DNA of 32,000 nt from Acutalibacteraceae bacterium (GTDB lineage Bacteria; Bacillota; Clostridia; Oscillospirales; Acutalibacteraceae): assembly GCA_045631965.1 (NCBI GenBank), contig JAZQVR010000008.1, positions 95,879 through 127,878 of the forward strand, read 5' to 3'. Position numbers and translations under genes: made by a program. This document shows, one piece after another, positions 1-9,254 of this stretch (positions are counted from its first letter, which is position 1; the number at the start of each line of letters is the position of its first letter). Under the pieces are notes generated by a model. It saw only the letters and a list, made by a program, of their open reading frames with translations. It was not told the origin of the DNA and made no database searches.

Positions 1-3000
1 CTGGAGCATACCGCCTGCAAGCATATTGAGCAGGAATGCATCACTCTGATCAACATAACCATCGCTGTTTACATCGCCGTATATTACAACATTTGCCATA
101 TGAAGCCAAGCACCATTCTCATCATAAAGCACAACGGTAACGCCTGTATACAGTCTGTCATTCGGCTCCAACTCAAATATGATATCCTGATCATAAACAG
201 CTATACGGACATTGGAAATCTGATTTCGAAGCTGAGAAACAGTCATATTAAGGTTCGGATACACGCCGTAAATATATGCACCATCGATATGGTCGTTTAT
301 TTTAAGGAATGCGGTAGGCAGGAACGATATCAAACCGGGCTCATCAAGGACGGCACGTACATTGACATCTGCCACAACATAATCAAATTTCGTATCCCAC
401 TTGATGAACGCGTAGCCGGGCACAACAGGATCCGGAGGAGCAATCGCCTTGCCACCTCGTTTGGTCGCCGCCATCCAGTAATGCTCGCCGTTAACAGTGA
501 AGTTAACAGCGTAGATTACTGCATCGGAACCATCCTCCGCACAGTGAACGGGATGCTCTGTACCCTGTGCCCAGGTAAGCTCCGTACCGTTTGCATTAAG
601 CCGGTAAGCCGTTGCACCGTTGACAATTTCGTAGCTGTTCTGTGTTTCACCTAAAACGCAATCGGCAGATGGCGCTGTGTTTTCAAAATAATAGCAAAGC
701 TGTGCTTCATAAGAACCATCCTGCTCGCCGCAGATTGCACCGAAGCAGCTGTTACCTGTAACATTACCTGCGTTATATACGGAATACAGGTCACCGTAAG
801 ATATACCGACAATACCGCCGACATAAGTTTTACCGCAGACATCGGCAACATTTGCGCTGTTTGTTATACTGCCGAAATTTCTGCCGACAAGGCCGCCTAC
901 TTCAGTTGAAGCCGAAGCACCGACATTACCTCTGTTATAACACATATTGACGGTTGCACCGTCGCTGTTGCCTACGATACCGCCCATAACCGACTGACCG
1001 ACGACCGAAGCTGAATTATAACATTTATATATTTCGGAATTATTGAAACCTGCTATACCGCCGACCTCGGATTTACCGTTTATACTGCCGCCGTAAACAT
1101 TGCAGTTATATACAGATACGGCAACGCTGTTACCGACAACACCGCCGACATAATTATTACCGCTTACCGTTATGTCTTCAAGAGTAAGCGCCTCGATAAA
1201 CGAATCGGTTACATATCCGAAAAAGCCGACATTGTCTTCACCAACGATATTGATACCCTTGACAGTATGATTATTGCCGGCGAAATAGCCGCCGAAAGGT
1301 CTGCTCTGTGTACCGATTGACACAAAATTATCCGTCATATCAGCTGCGTGCATTGTTATATCCGCTGTCAGAACATAATTAGCGAGATTATATTCATCTT
1401 CGTTATTCACAAAAGCAGACACAAGGTGAAGGTCACGCTCGTTTTCGATAATATATGTGCCCTCTGTTTCGCTTTGCTTGAGTTCAAACTTAAAGGCAGG
1501 ATATTCGCTGCTGATAAATACGGGACAATATCCGTTATGGCCCCAGAAATCACTGCCGTTTTCACGGTTCATAACACCCGAAAGATAGCCCGAATAGAAC
1601 CAGCCGTACGGAACAGCCGTACCGTAAGATGACATACCGAACTGCTCACAGTAATACAAGCTGTTTATATCGCTTACCTCTGCTGCAGTACACACCGTAT
1701 CATGCATATTACCTGTTACCCTGCCGAAAGAATGAGCCTGTTTTGCTTTAAGCGAAGGCGATACAGCGACAATACCGCCCGCCAAGGAAGTACCGTTTAT
1801 AGCAGCATAATTATAGAAATAGCTCATATCAAGAGCACCGCTGCCGAGAATACCACCTGCAGTAACACCGCTGATATCACCGCTGTTACTGTTATTAGAG
1901 CCGTTGAGATTGCCTTTTCCGAGGATACCGCCCGCAAACGAACCGCCCGAAACAGGAGCGGTATTCGCAGTATGGTTAACCGTAGCGGAAACAGCGTCGC
2001 CGATAATACCGCCTGCATAACCTTTTGAGGTAACCACACCGCTGTTTGATGAACGGATAACCGTAACAGACTCTGCCAACGAACAGCCGATAATACCGCC
2101 TGCATAATCGTCGGCGTTTATCTTGCCGCTGTTATGAGAATTGGCAACCGTAATACGCCCTGAAACCAAGCCGACAATACCGCCTGCATAATAGCCACCG
2201 ATTGTCTCTTTCAAACTCGGATCGCTGTATTTTTTTACAGTTACTCTGCCGTTAAATGAACAGCCGGAAATATTTGCAGTTGTTTCGCCTGCTATGCCGC
2301 CGACACTTTCAACACCGACAAGCACAGCCGAAGATGAACAGCCGCTTATTGTGCCTTCACTCTTACCGACTATACCACCGATTCTGCCGTAGCCCTCAAA
2401 ATACGAACGCGTAACATTCAGGTCTGTGATAGAGGCTGTATCTGTAATTATTCCGAAAATTCCAAGCTCGGAAGCATCGGCTGCCATAGCATCGTGCTTA
2501 ATATAAAAACCTGAGAGAGTATGACCGTCACCGTCAAACTTGCCTTCATAAAACTTAACGTAATTATCGGAATTGGTGTAATCGTAACCGCCTATCGGCA
2601 TCCAGATTTCAGCATCGTTATAGAATGAAGTTAAACCGCCGACAATCGCATACTTACCGTCATTCATCTCAATATCAGCAGTAAGCCTGCCGTTGATTGC
2701 GACATTGCCGAAACGCACCTCATCTCTGAACCAGATAAGCTGCTCAAGATTTGAAATAAGATAGTATCCGTCTGTATCGCGAGCAGTTTCAAAACGGGCG
2801 TAAATACTTGTATGCTCAACAATGTCTGTTGAAAAATCAAATGTATTACCATTCTTATCCGTCCAGCCGACAAAAGTCATTCCGTCAGGCGGTGTCGGGT
2901 CATCAGGCTTTGTCGCATCAAAGCCGTGGTCCACAGTCTGCGTGGAAATTACGGAGCCGTCAACATTCAGGAATGTAACGTTATAATTATCACGCACAAG

Positions 3001-4599
3001 ACCCGTTATCTCAACTGTCTGGTCCTCGGTAATATTGCTGATTGTGTAAATAATACCGTATTTAGCCTTAAGCACTTCACCGTTTGCAGTAACAACCGGA
3101 TCAGAATTCATATATATATCCGCAAGCTCAATAGAAAACGCAAAACTTCCGCCATATTCAACCTCTGTAGAATATTCAGGCAACGGATATATAGTATAAG
3201 CTTCACTTTCGGGCAGGTTGACCGTATATGTATTTACCGCCATCTCGCCGACAGTGATTGTTATGTTTTCGGTAACATTGTTAACCGTATATTTACCGCC
3301 GCGCAGTGCAACACGCACCTTATTCGCCCATACAAGAATCTCCGACTGAGTATAGGCCGGGTCAACCTCAATTGTAAACGAGTAATCCTCGCCATAATAA
3401 ACTATGTTTCGACCGCTTTCGGGTATAATCTTAAAGTAATCCGCCTCGGGCAGAGTTACATAAAACCTGCTGACTATCTCACCGGTAAACATATAGAAGT
3501 CACTTGATTTTTCGGATTCGGCACCCGAAAGGAAATTCTCGCCGTCGCCCAAAGGCTGAACGGTAAAATAATACTTACCGTAGCTTGTAAAATGACCACC
3601 GAAGTTACAACTTAACGCATCAGTTACGGTGAAAGTTTTCTTCAACTCGTATCCGGGGTCATTGTAATAATACAGATTTACAATGTAGCCCGTTGCATTC
3701 GCAACGGAATCCCACCTTGCAACAGGATTGGTTGTGCCTGCATCGTCTATTACAGTATCGTCCCAATAAAGCTTCCTCGGCGGATTGAGGACAGGCTTAC
3801 CGCTGAAGGTTATACGGAAATATTTCTGACCCGTATACTCCTTTATCGGTGAGCCGGGAGAAGAATTACCGCCACCGACAGAAGCGTTTGCACTCCACTC
3901 AACATAAGCACCCTCACCGTAAAGAGCGAAAGCCTTGGACTGCGACCTGACCTCAACATCAGTATTACCGCCGCTGATATAGACATTACCTTTTGAGGAA
4001 TAAAATCCGTCGCTGCCGCTCAGACGCACTCTGCCTGAAGTGATTTTAAGGTCACCAAAGGAGTATATGCACCTTGTTGAAGTGTGTATATTAACATTGC
4101 TTGTGGTATCGATATTAACACCCTTGATTGCCATAATACCTGCAAGGCCATCGATATTAAGCGACGCACTCTCGGTAACGGAAACAGTGTAATCGGTATT
4201 AAGAGCATATGAGTTGTCGCATATAAGTGTAAGAGAGCCGTTACCGGTAAATTTAACATTGCCGATAACTATCATTGCACTCTTTGAGGATGCGTAAATA
4301 TAGTTATTACCCCTGAGCTCAACAGTAAGGTTGCCGCTGTAAGGATATACAAACAAATCAGATTTAGGCTGATAGCTTGTACCGAAATTTTCGAGTGTCA
4401 GCTTATCTTCCGATGCATCATAATGCCAGTTTACAAGTTCAAGTGCACCAAGGTCGGTATATTCTTTATAGTAAGTCTGGCCATCGATTACCATTCGCAT
4501 AATACCTGCCGCTCTTGCTACGGGCACAGTCGCAATCAAGCACACAACGGAAAGCAAAACACACATAAAGACCGATAGTATTTTCTTGGCTATTTTCAT
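1..4599 (-). CDS. Giant secreted cell-surface protein with GLUG-like repeats and a C-terminal dockerin (more than 1533 aa; 3' end beyond the window)
   Basis: Absent from the ORF track because it runs off the left edge. On the minus strand AGGAGG lies 8 nt before the ATG at 4599. The product starts MKIAKKILSVFMCVLLSVVCLIATVPVARA, a signal peptide. The frame was spot-checked at several points, including nt 2100, 1200 and 78, and is consistent. Between about 800 and 2400 there are repeated units such as AGGIIGD, VGGVVGNS..VYNCNVYG and MGGIVGNSDGATVNMCYNRGNV. The last codons read YGDVNSDGYVDQSDAFLLNMLAGGMLQ, a dockerin type I Ca-binding repeat. Confidence 0.85.
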   Translation of the reverse strand, partial: MKIAKKILSVFMCVLLSVVCLIATVPVARAAGIMRMVIDGQTYYKEYTDLGALELVNWHYDASEDKLTLENFGTSYQPKSDLFVYPYSGNLTVELRGNNYIYASSKSAMIVIGNVKFTGNGSLTLICDNSYALNTDYTVSVTESASLNIDGLAGIMAIKGVNIDTTSNVNIHTSTRCIYSFGDLKITSGRVRLSGSDGFYSSKGNVYISGGNTDVEVRSQSKAFALYGEGAYVEWSANASVGGGNSSPGSPIKEYTGQKYFRITFSGKPVLNPPRKLYWDDTVIDDAGTTNPVARWDSVANATGYIVNLYYYNDPGYELKKTFTVTDALSCNFGGHFTSYGKYYFTVQPLGDGENFLSGAESEKSSDFYMFTGEIVSRFYVTLPEADYFKIIPESGRNIVYYGEDYSFTIEVDPAYTQSEILVWANKVRVALRGGKYTVNNVTENITITVGEMAVNTYTVNLPESEAYTIYPLPEYSTEVEYGGSFAFSIELADIYMNSDPVVTANGEVLKAKYGIIYTISNITEDQTVEITGLVRDNYNVTFLNVDGSVISTQTVDHGFDATKPDDPTPPDGMTFVGWTDKNGNTFDFSTDIVEHTSIYARFETARDTDGYYLISNLEQLIWFRDEVRFGNVAINGRLTADIEMNDGKYAIVGGLTSFYNDAEIWMPIGGYDYTNSDNYVKFYEGKFDGDGHTLSGFYIKHDAMAADASELGIFGIITDTASITDLNVTRSYFEGYGRIGGIVGKSEGTISGCSSSAVLVGVESVGGIAGETTANISGCSFNGRVTVKKYSDPSLKETIGGYYAGGIVGLVSGRITVANSHNSGKINADDYAGGIIGCSLAESVTVIRSSNSGVVTSKGYAGGIIGDAVSATVNHTANTAPVSGGSFAGGILGKGNLNGSNNSNSGDISGVTAGGILGSGALDMSYFYNYAAINGTSLAGGIVAVSPSLKAKQAHSFGRVTGNMHDTVCTAAEVSDINSLYYCEQFGMSSYGTAVPYGWFYSGYLSGVMNRENGSDFWGHNGYCPVFISSEYPAFKFELKQSETEGTYIIENERDLHLVSAFVNNEDEYNLANYVLTADITMHAADMTDNFVSIGTQSRPFGGYFAGNNHTVKGINIVGEDNVGFFGYVTDSFIEALTLEDITVSGNNYVGGVVGNSVAVSVYNCNVYGGSINGKSEVGGIAGFNNSEIYKCYNSASVVGQSVMGGIVGNSDGATVNMCYNRGNVGASASTEVGGLVGRNFGSITNSANVADVCGKTYVGGIVGISYGDLYSVYNAGNVTGNSCFGAICGEQDGSYEAQLCYYFENTAPSADCVLGETQNSYEIVNGATAYRLNANGTELTWAQGTEHPVHCAEDGSDAVIYAVNFTVNGEHYWMAATKRGGKAIAPPDPVVPGYAFIKWDTKFDYVVADVNVRAVLDEPGLISFLPTAFLKINDHIDGAYIYGVYPNLNMTVSQLRNQISNVRIAVYDQDIIFELEPNDRLYTGVTVVLYDENGAWLHMANVVIYGDVNSDGYVDQSDAFLLNMLAGGMLQ

Positions 4600-4841
4600 G
4601 CATCGCACCTCCTTTTGAAGTAGGTTGTATTATAATAAAAGCAGTATATACACTTATACAAATAAATACTCTTTATTATAATACTACAGATAAAGAAAAA
4701 TAGCAATAACAAAGATAAGCTTTCATCTTTGTGCAAATTGAGCATAAAACAACCATAAAACATACCGCAAAACCTATTGTTATAATTCCGCTTATTTGTT
4801 ATACTGACAATATAACACTTCATCGCAGGAGTTTATCTTCA

Positions 4842-6776
4842 ATGAAACAAATCAGGAACATCGGCATTTTTGCTCATGTAGACGCAGGAAAAACAACATT
4901 ATCGGAACAAATATTATCTCACGCAGGTGCTATACGCTCAATCGGCAGCGTTGACTCCGGCACCGCTCACACAGACAATCTGCCCGTAGAGAGAAGAAGA
5001 GGTATATCCGTAAAAGCTACCTGCGTTTCTTTGGACTACAAAAACATCCGCATAAATCTTATCGACACACCCGGTCACGCAGACTTTTCCGCAGAGGTCG
5101 AACGCTCTATGTGGGCACTTGACGGTGCTGTTCTGGTAGTTTGTGCCGTAGAAGGTGTTCAGCCGCAGACAGAAGTACTGTTTGAGGCTATGTGCAGACA
5201 GAATATACCTGTTATATTTTTTATCAACAAAACCGACCGCGAAAACGCTGATGCACCGCAGGTTGCAGAGCAGATAAAGCGTTTACTGACTCCGTATGCA
5301 GTTATTCTTTCAGACACAGAAGCAGTCAGCGAATTGGTTTGCGACAACTGCGATGAACTGCTTGAAAGATACTTGAACGGCGAGCAATTCTCTCAAACTA
5401 TTTTAGACGAAAAGCTGACGGACTTGACTCACTTCTGCAAAGCTTATCCTATACTTTACGGCTCTGCGTTGAGAGATGACGGTGTAAACGAGTTGCTTGA
5501 CTGCGTTGTAAAATATCTTCCTGCACCCAAACAAGGCAACGAGCTGTGCGGAGTTGTATTTGCCGCGCAGCACGACAAAAATATGGGCAGAGGTGTCTGG
5601 GTACGCTTATACAGCGGTTCGCTTGAAAACCGCGAGGCTGTTACTTTCAGCACAGGCATTGACCCTGTTACAGGCGAGCCGAAACAGATACAGCAAAAAA
5701 TTACGCAGATTTATGATGCAAACCTCAATCCGTCGGGCAAAATATCATCGGGCGAAATCGGCATAATATACGGACTCGGCAACATCAAAATCGGTCAGAT
5801 TATCGGTAATGTAAACTGTACGCAAAGACATATTGAACCGGGACAGTTAAGGTCACCTCTGATCACGGTGCAGGTAATTCCTTCAAACCCTGAACAAATG
5901 CAGGAGCTTCGCCGTGCGTGCGATATTCTATCAGGCGAAGATCCCCTGCTGCAGGTGCAATATATCAAAACTTTTAACGAGCTTCACCTGCGTGTAATGG
6001 GTACCATGCAGCTTGAAATTATCGAAGAGCTGCTGCAGACACGTTTCGGTCTTAATGTCACATTCGGCTCACCTGCTATCATTTACAAAGAAACGATAGC
6101 TTCACGCTGTGAGGGATTTGTCGCATACACTATGCCGAAGCCTTGCTGGGCAGTGCTGAAGTTTAAAATCGAGCCAGCCGAAAGAGGAAGCGGAGTGACA
6201 TTCACATCAGAAGTACCTTACAGAGATATTATGGAGCGTTATCAGCATCAGGTTGAGCAAGCAATTCCGATCGCACTCAACCAAGGCAGACTCGGCTGGC
6301 AGGTAACCGACATAAACATTAAGCTGATTGACGGTGAACATCATCTTATACACACGCATCCTCTGGACTTTATTGTTGCAACACCCATGGCTATTCAGGA
6401 CGGATTGCAACGCGGCGGCAGCACACTGCTTGAGCCGATATTAGCAGCAAAATTTATTCTGCCGACAGAATATGTTGGCAGAGTTATGAGCGATGTAATT
6501 GCTATGCGTGGCAGTGTAATTGACAGCACTAACGACGGCAACCGCGCTACCATAAACGCACTGATACCCGTACAGACAAGCCTCGACTACTCCACTACCC
6601 TTGCAACATTCACAAGCGGCAGAGGCACAATGAGTGTTCAGTTCCACAGCTACAAAGAATGTCCGCTCGAATTGGGTGCTACCGCAAAGAGAAGAAGCGT
6701 TGACCCGCTGGACACCTCAAAATACATATTAGCCGCCAGAAGTGCACTGGACGGAGATATATTCAATATTGACTGA
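4842..6776 (+). CDS. Translational GTPase of the TetM/TetO ribosomal-protection / EF-G family (644 aa)
   Basis: AGGAG lies 10 nt upstream of the ATG at 4842. N-terminus is MKQIRNIGIFAHVDAGKTTLSEQ (G1 motif), followed by DTPGHADF (G3) and INKTDR (G4). Length and domain order match TetM (about 640 aa). The track ORF start at 4731 is an unsupported upstream extension. Confidence 0.85.
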   Translation: MKQIRNIGIFAHVDAGKTTLSEQILSHAGAIRSIGSVDSGTAHTDNLPVERRRGISVKATCVSLDYKNIRINLIDTPGHADFSAEVERSMWALDGAVLVVCAVEGVQPQTEVLFEAMCRQNIPVIFFINKTDRENADAPQVAEQIKRLLTPYAVILSDTEAVSELVCDNCDELLERYLNGEQFSQTILDEKLTDLTHFCKAYPILYGSALRDDGVNELLDCVVKYLPAPKQGNELCGVVFAAQHDKNMGRGVWVRLYSGSLENREAVTFSTGIDPVTGEPKQIQQKITQIYDANLNPSGKISSGEIGIIYGLGNIKIGQIIGNVNCTQRHIEPGQLRSPLITVQVIPSNPEQMQELRRACDILSGEDPLLQVQYIKTFNELHLRVMGTMQLEIIEELLQTRFGLNVTFGSPAIIYKETIASRCEGFVAYTMPKPCWAVLKFKIEPAERGSGVTFTSEVPYRDIMERYQHQVEQAIPIALNQGRLGWQVTDINIKLIDGEHHLIHTHPLDFIVATPMAIQDGLQRGGSTLLEPILAAKFILPTEYVGRVMSDVIAMRGSVIDSTNDGNRATINALIPVQTSLDYSTTLATFTSGRGTMSVQFHSYKECPLELGATAKRRSVDPLDTSKYILAARSALDGDIFNID

Positions 6777-6777
6777 C

Positions 6778-7094
6778 AAAACAACAGAGCAACCGCAAAC
6801 GCCCACGCCCGATAAGGAAGTATTTGTTTCTCGAGAAAAATTGCCTGTATCTTTGTCAAAAGCCTCGCAAGGCGACAGCCTTGCTACGTTTTTGGCTTCG
6901 ATACAAGAAATTTTTTACTCTTACGAAACTGCGAAGCACTTTAAAATGAAATTTTAAGATACAAGAAAAGGAAAATCCCACAGATAATGCTGACGCATAT
7001 CCGTGGGATTTGACACATTATTGTGCTGAAAATTCACATTTTAAAGAAATACTGCCTTATCGAGCGTGGGCGAAAGCGATTGCTCTGTTGTTTT
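6778..7094. repeat. MITE-like unit of about 317 bp, defined by imperfect 46-bp terminal inverted repeats
   Basis: The reverse complement of 6778-6826 aligns with 7047-7094 at about 40/46 positions (aaatact[t/g]ccttatcg[g/a]gcgtgggcg...attgctctgttgtttt). The track shows the same thing as mirrored peptides, ILPYRAWAFAVALLF and ILPYRAWAKAIALLF. It sits between convergent genes. Confidence 0.55.
6867..6893 (+). terminator. Rho-independent terminator downstream of the TetM-like gene
   Basis: GCAAGGC-gaca-GCCTTGC (7-bp stem, 4-nt loop) followed by tacgttttt. Confidence 0.7.
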
Positions 7095-7162
7095 ATTATC
7101 TGATATGCACCGATTATCAAACAATTTCTTATAAAAATATATTTTCAAATAGTATTTCGATG

Positions 7163-7513
7163 TCAACCTTCTACATTGTCACCATCAGGGTCACATGAAT
7201 TGCAATATAAATCATAAGCATTATTGGTTTTTCTTGAGCAAGTATCATTTTTGCCCATACAATAATATGAGCCTCCGTCATCATAATTATAGTCTTTACC
7301 TGCAGCCTGATTTGCATACCAATCATTCATATCGTTTTTATAATCATCACTGTCGTAATTGTTTTTATAATCATCGCTGTCATAATTGTTGTTGTAACTG
7401 CCTACCGTATTGCTTTTGATTTCATTTATTTCATTGACACCATAAATAATAAGAATTATAGAAACAACAACGCATATAGTACCTGCTATCCATTTGTGTG
7501 TAGTTAAACTCAT
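7163..7513 (-). CDS. Small membrane-anchored protein with tandem NNYDSDDYK repeats and a Cys-rich tail (116 aa)
   Basis: Internal ATG at 7513 (MSLTTHKWIAGTICVVVSIILIIYGV, one TM helix) with AAAGG upstream. A 27-bp DNA unit is repeated twice at 7344-7397 (23/27 identical). The longer track start (7639) would run through a terminator. Confidence 0.6.
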   Translation of the reverse strand: MSLTTHKWIAGTICVVVSIILIIYGVNEINEIKSNTVGSYNNNYDSDDYKNNYDSDDYKNDMNDWYANQAAGKDYNYDDGGSYYCMGKNDTCSRKTNNAYDLYCNSCDPDGDNVEG

Positions 7514-7594
7514 TTTTATCAACCTTTCACTTTTCTTATAAATTTCAGCGGAAACCAAACTCCTTTCTTTCAGAACAACACTTTTTATCTCCGC

Positions 7595-7630
7595 AAAATA
7601 AAAAAGTGCGCCTACCGAAGTAAACGCACC
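7595..7630 (-). terminator. Intrinsic terminator or attenuator on the minus strand, upstream of the small repeat protein
   Basis: Minus strand reads GGTGCG-tTTAC-TTCG-GTAgg-CGCAC followed by ttttttatttt. This is a UUCG-capped stem plus a U-run. Confidence 0.65.
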
Positions 7631-7651
7631 AAAACGCAAACTCCGATAGTC

Positions 7652-7800
7652 GCCAAACTAATCAATGCAAAATGGTATAACCTCACAAGCAAAGCGGAAT
7701 TTGCATTTTATCAAATTCATTCTTCGCTTATGAGGCAAAAGATATACTTCTTCTAAAAGAAAAAAATTATACCTATTTTGCAATATTCGATTAGTTTGGC
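7652..7800 (-). ncRNA. Extended imperfect hairpin of about 150 nt (candidate structured leader or sRNA)
   Basis: Nested complementary arms: gccaaactaatc/gattagtttggc (12 bp perfect), tgcaaaat/attttgca, ggtataa/ttatacc, cctcacaagcaaag/cttcgcttatgagg (2 mismatches), gaattt/aaattc. One arm carries a 31-nt A-rich bulge. Confidence 0.35.
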
Positions 7801-7806
7801 ATAATT

Positions 7807-7836
7807 AGTATATCATAGTTATTTAAATTATTGCAA
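7807..7836 (-). promoter_or_regulatory. Sigma-70-like promoter on the minus strand, firing into the long hairpin
   Basis: Minus strand TTGCAA-18 nt-TATACT. The predicted start is about 7800, the first base of the hairpin's outer arm. Confidence 0.4.
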
Positions 7837-7917
7837 TAGTTTAAGCAAAAAAGCAATTTTAACATTGTCGGCATCGCACCTGCAAATAATCTGTTATAAT
7901 AAATTTATCGAAAACAC

Positions 7918-7946
7918 TTGATTTTTTTAACGGTTTAATATATAAT
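7918..7946 (+). promoter_or_regulatory. Promoter of tRNA-Pro
   Basis: TTGATT-17 nt-TATAAT, about 30 nt upstream of the tRNA 5' end. Confidence 0.7.
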
Positions 7947-7975
7947 AATCAAGCTGTCCGAAAGGCAACATATTT

Positions 7976-8052
7976 CGGGGTGTGGCGAAGTTTGGTATCG
8001 CGCTTGGTTCGGGACCAAGAGGCCATGGGTTCAAGTCCCGTCACTCCGACCA
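7976..8052 (+). tRNA. tRNA-Pro (anticodon CGG), CCA encoded
   Basis: Cloverleaf folded by hand. Acceptor CGGGGTG/CACTCCG, D stem GCGA/TCGC, anticodon stem CTTGG/CCAAG with loop ttCGGga, T arm ATGGG-TTCAAGT-CCCGT, then ACCA. Length 77 nt. Confidence 0.93.
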
Positions 8053-8061
8053 TCTGAAAGA

Positions 8062-8108
8062 AATCCGAACCCTCATCTTATAGGTGAAGGATTCGGATTC
8101 TTTATTTA
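8062..8108 (+). terminator. Terminator hairpin after tRNA-Pro (member of a hairpin family, see findings)
   Basis: AATCCGAA...TTCGGATT stem followed by ctttattta. Confidence 0.6.
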
Positions 8109-8301
8109 TATCGAATATCCGTACTGATCTTATGCTCAAGTTTATTCGCAAAATAATGGCCTTCCTGTGAATGATGATATCAAATTACAGGAAGGCCATT
8201 ATTTAGGAAAAAATCTTCGTTCAAACAAAATCTAAAACTGTATATAAGGAGATATACAATTTATATTTTATAATCATATCCATTAATATCAAAAAATATA
8301 T

Positions 8302-8538
8302 CTATAATGAATTGGTTTTGTTTGCAATTGTTTCAATATTATTTCTTGCAGTTTCTCCCGCAATTCTTGCTTTGTGAGTAGTTATTTCTGCATTAAGCTT
8401 TTCTCTATAAAGGAGATTTGAACGTCTTAACAATTCTTTGTTTCTACGTCTTTCGGGTATTGTAACAAAATAATAAATAGAATATATTGTTAATATTACA
8501 CATAGCACTATTAACAGTATAATTAAAAACACCTTCAT
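8302..8538 (-). CDS. Small single-pass membrane protein (78 aa), unknown function
   Basis: AAGGGGGTGA lies 4 nt before the ATG at 8538. Product MKVFLIILLIVLCVILTIYSIYYFV (TM helix) followed by a charged helical tail. Third gene of the operon. Confidence 0.6.
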   Translation of the reverse strand: MKVFLIILLIVLCVILTIYSIYYFVTIPERRRNKELLRRSNLLYREKLNAEITTHKARIAGETARNNIETIANKTNSL

Positions 8539-8562
8539 ATTATCACCCCCTTCAGAATACAA

Positions 8563-8832
8563 TCAGGATTCGTTTGTATTATTCATAGCAATTTCAAGAG
8601 CGTGCATTGCATCCAAAACTTGCTCAAAAATGATTTTTTTGGGTAAGTTTTCCATATTATATTCTTTTGCCCAATCTTCAATTGCACAACCGATCAATTC
8701 CATTAATCTTGCAATTTTGTCATCAGGAAAATTCATATATTCCGTTGCTTCTTCATACGATATATAACTCTCTTTGTCCTTTTTATTTTTGGAGAGTTTT
8801 AATAATTTTAAGAGTTTTAAATCTTTAATCAT
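8563..8832 (-). CDS. Small acidic helical protein (89 aa), unknown function
   Basis: The ATG at 8832 is 7 nt after the upstream stop, with GGTGA 8 nt upstream. The track start at 8937 would overlap the upstream gene by 98 nt. Confidence 0.5.
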   Translation of the reverse strand: MIKDLKLLKLLKLSKNKKDKESYISYEEATEYMNFPDDKIARLMELIGCAIEDWAKEYNMENLPKKIIFEQVLDAMHALEIAMNNTNES

Positions 8833-8839
8833 TCGCAAA

Positions 8840-9196
8840 TCACCACATCTCTCCATTTTCAAATTTTTTAAGATTTCGTCTAAGGATGTCATTAAGATCA
8901 AGAAGTTGATCCATGGCCATATCAAGTGACTTACCATGTAATCTTCCTTGTTTCGTTAATGTATCAATATATTCTTGTGTTCTTGCGATTTGTTCAAGAT
9001 TTGTTGTTACAATGCTAAAAGTGTTATATGCTCTTGCGTCCGCTAACACTTTTTCAGTTTGATTTTTAAGCATCTCAAACTGAGCCCGCTGTATGGTTCC
9101 AGCTGCTTTTGTTTTTGTAATAAAATTAGTGATGTTTCCTGTGATGGCGACTGCAGCATCTGCTACTACCGGTACCAGAGAATTTAATTCTGTCAT
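8840..9196 (-). CDS. Hypothetical helical protein (118 aa), first gene of a three-gene operon
   Basis: ORF with AAGAAAGGGAAA upstream of the ATG at 9196. No recognisable motif. Confidence 0.55.
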   Translation of the reverse strand: MTELNSLVPVVADAAVAITGNITNFITKTKAAGTIQRAQFEMLKNQTEKVLADARAYNTFSIVTTNLEQIARTQEYIDTLTKQGRLHGKSLDMAMDQLLDLNDILRRNLKKFENGEMW

Positions 9197-9254
9197 ATTG
9201 ATTTCCCTTTCTTGAAATAATTTAATCGCATATTCTTACGATTTTTTCAATACA

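Noticed and set aside
100-4259. Track ORFs 100..654(+), 651..851(-), 1348..1632(+), 1702..2028(+), 1824..2105(-), 2664..2873(-), 2926..3507(+) and 4020..4259(-).
   Set aside because: All lie antisense to, or out of frame within, the long minus-strand surface-protein frame (1..4599). Their low-complexity, Cys/Ile/Arg-rich translations look like shadow ORFs.
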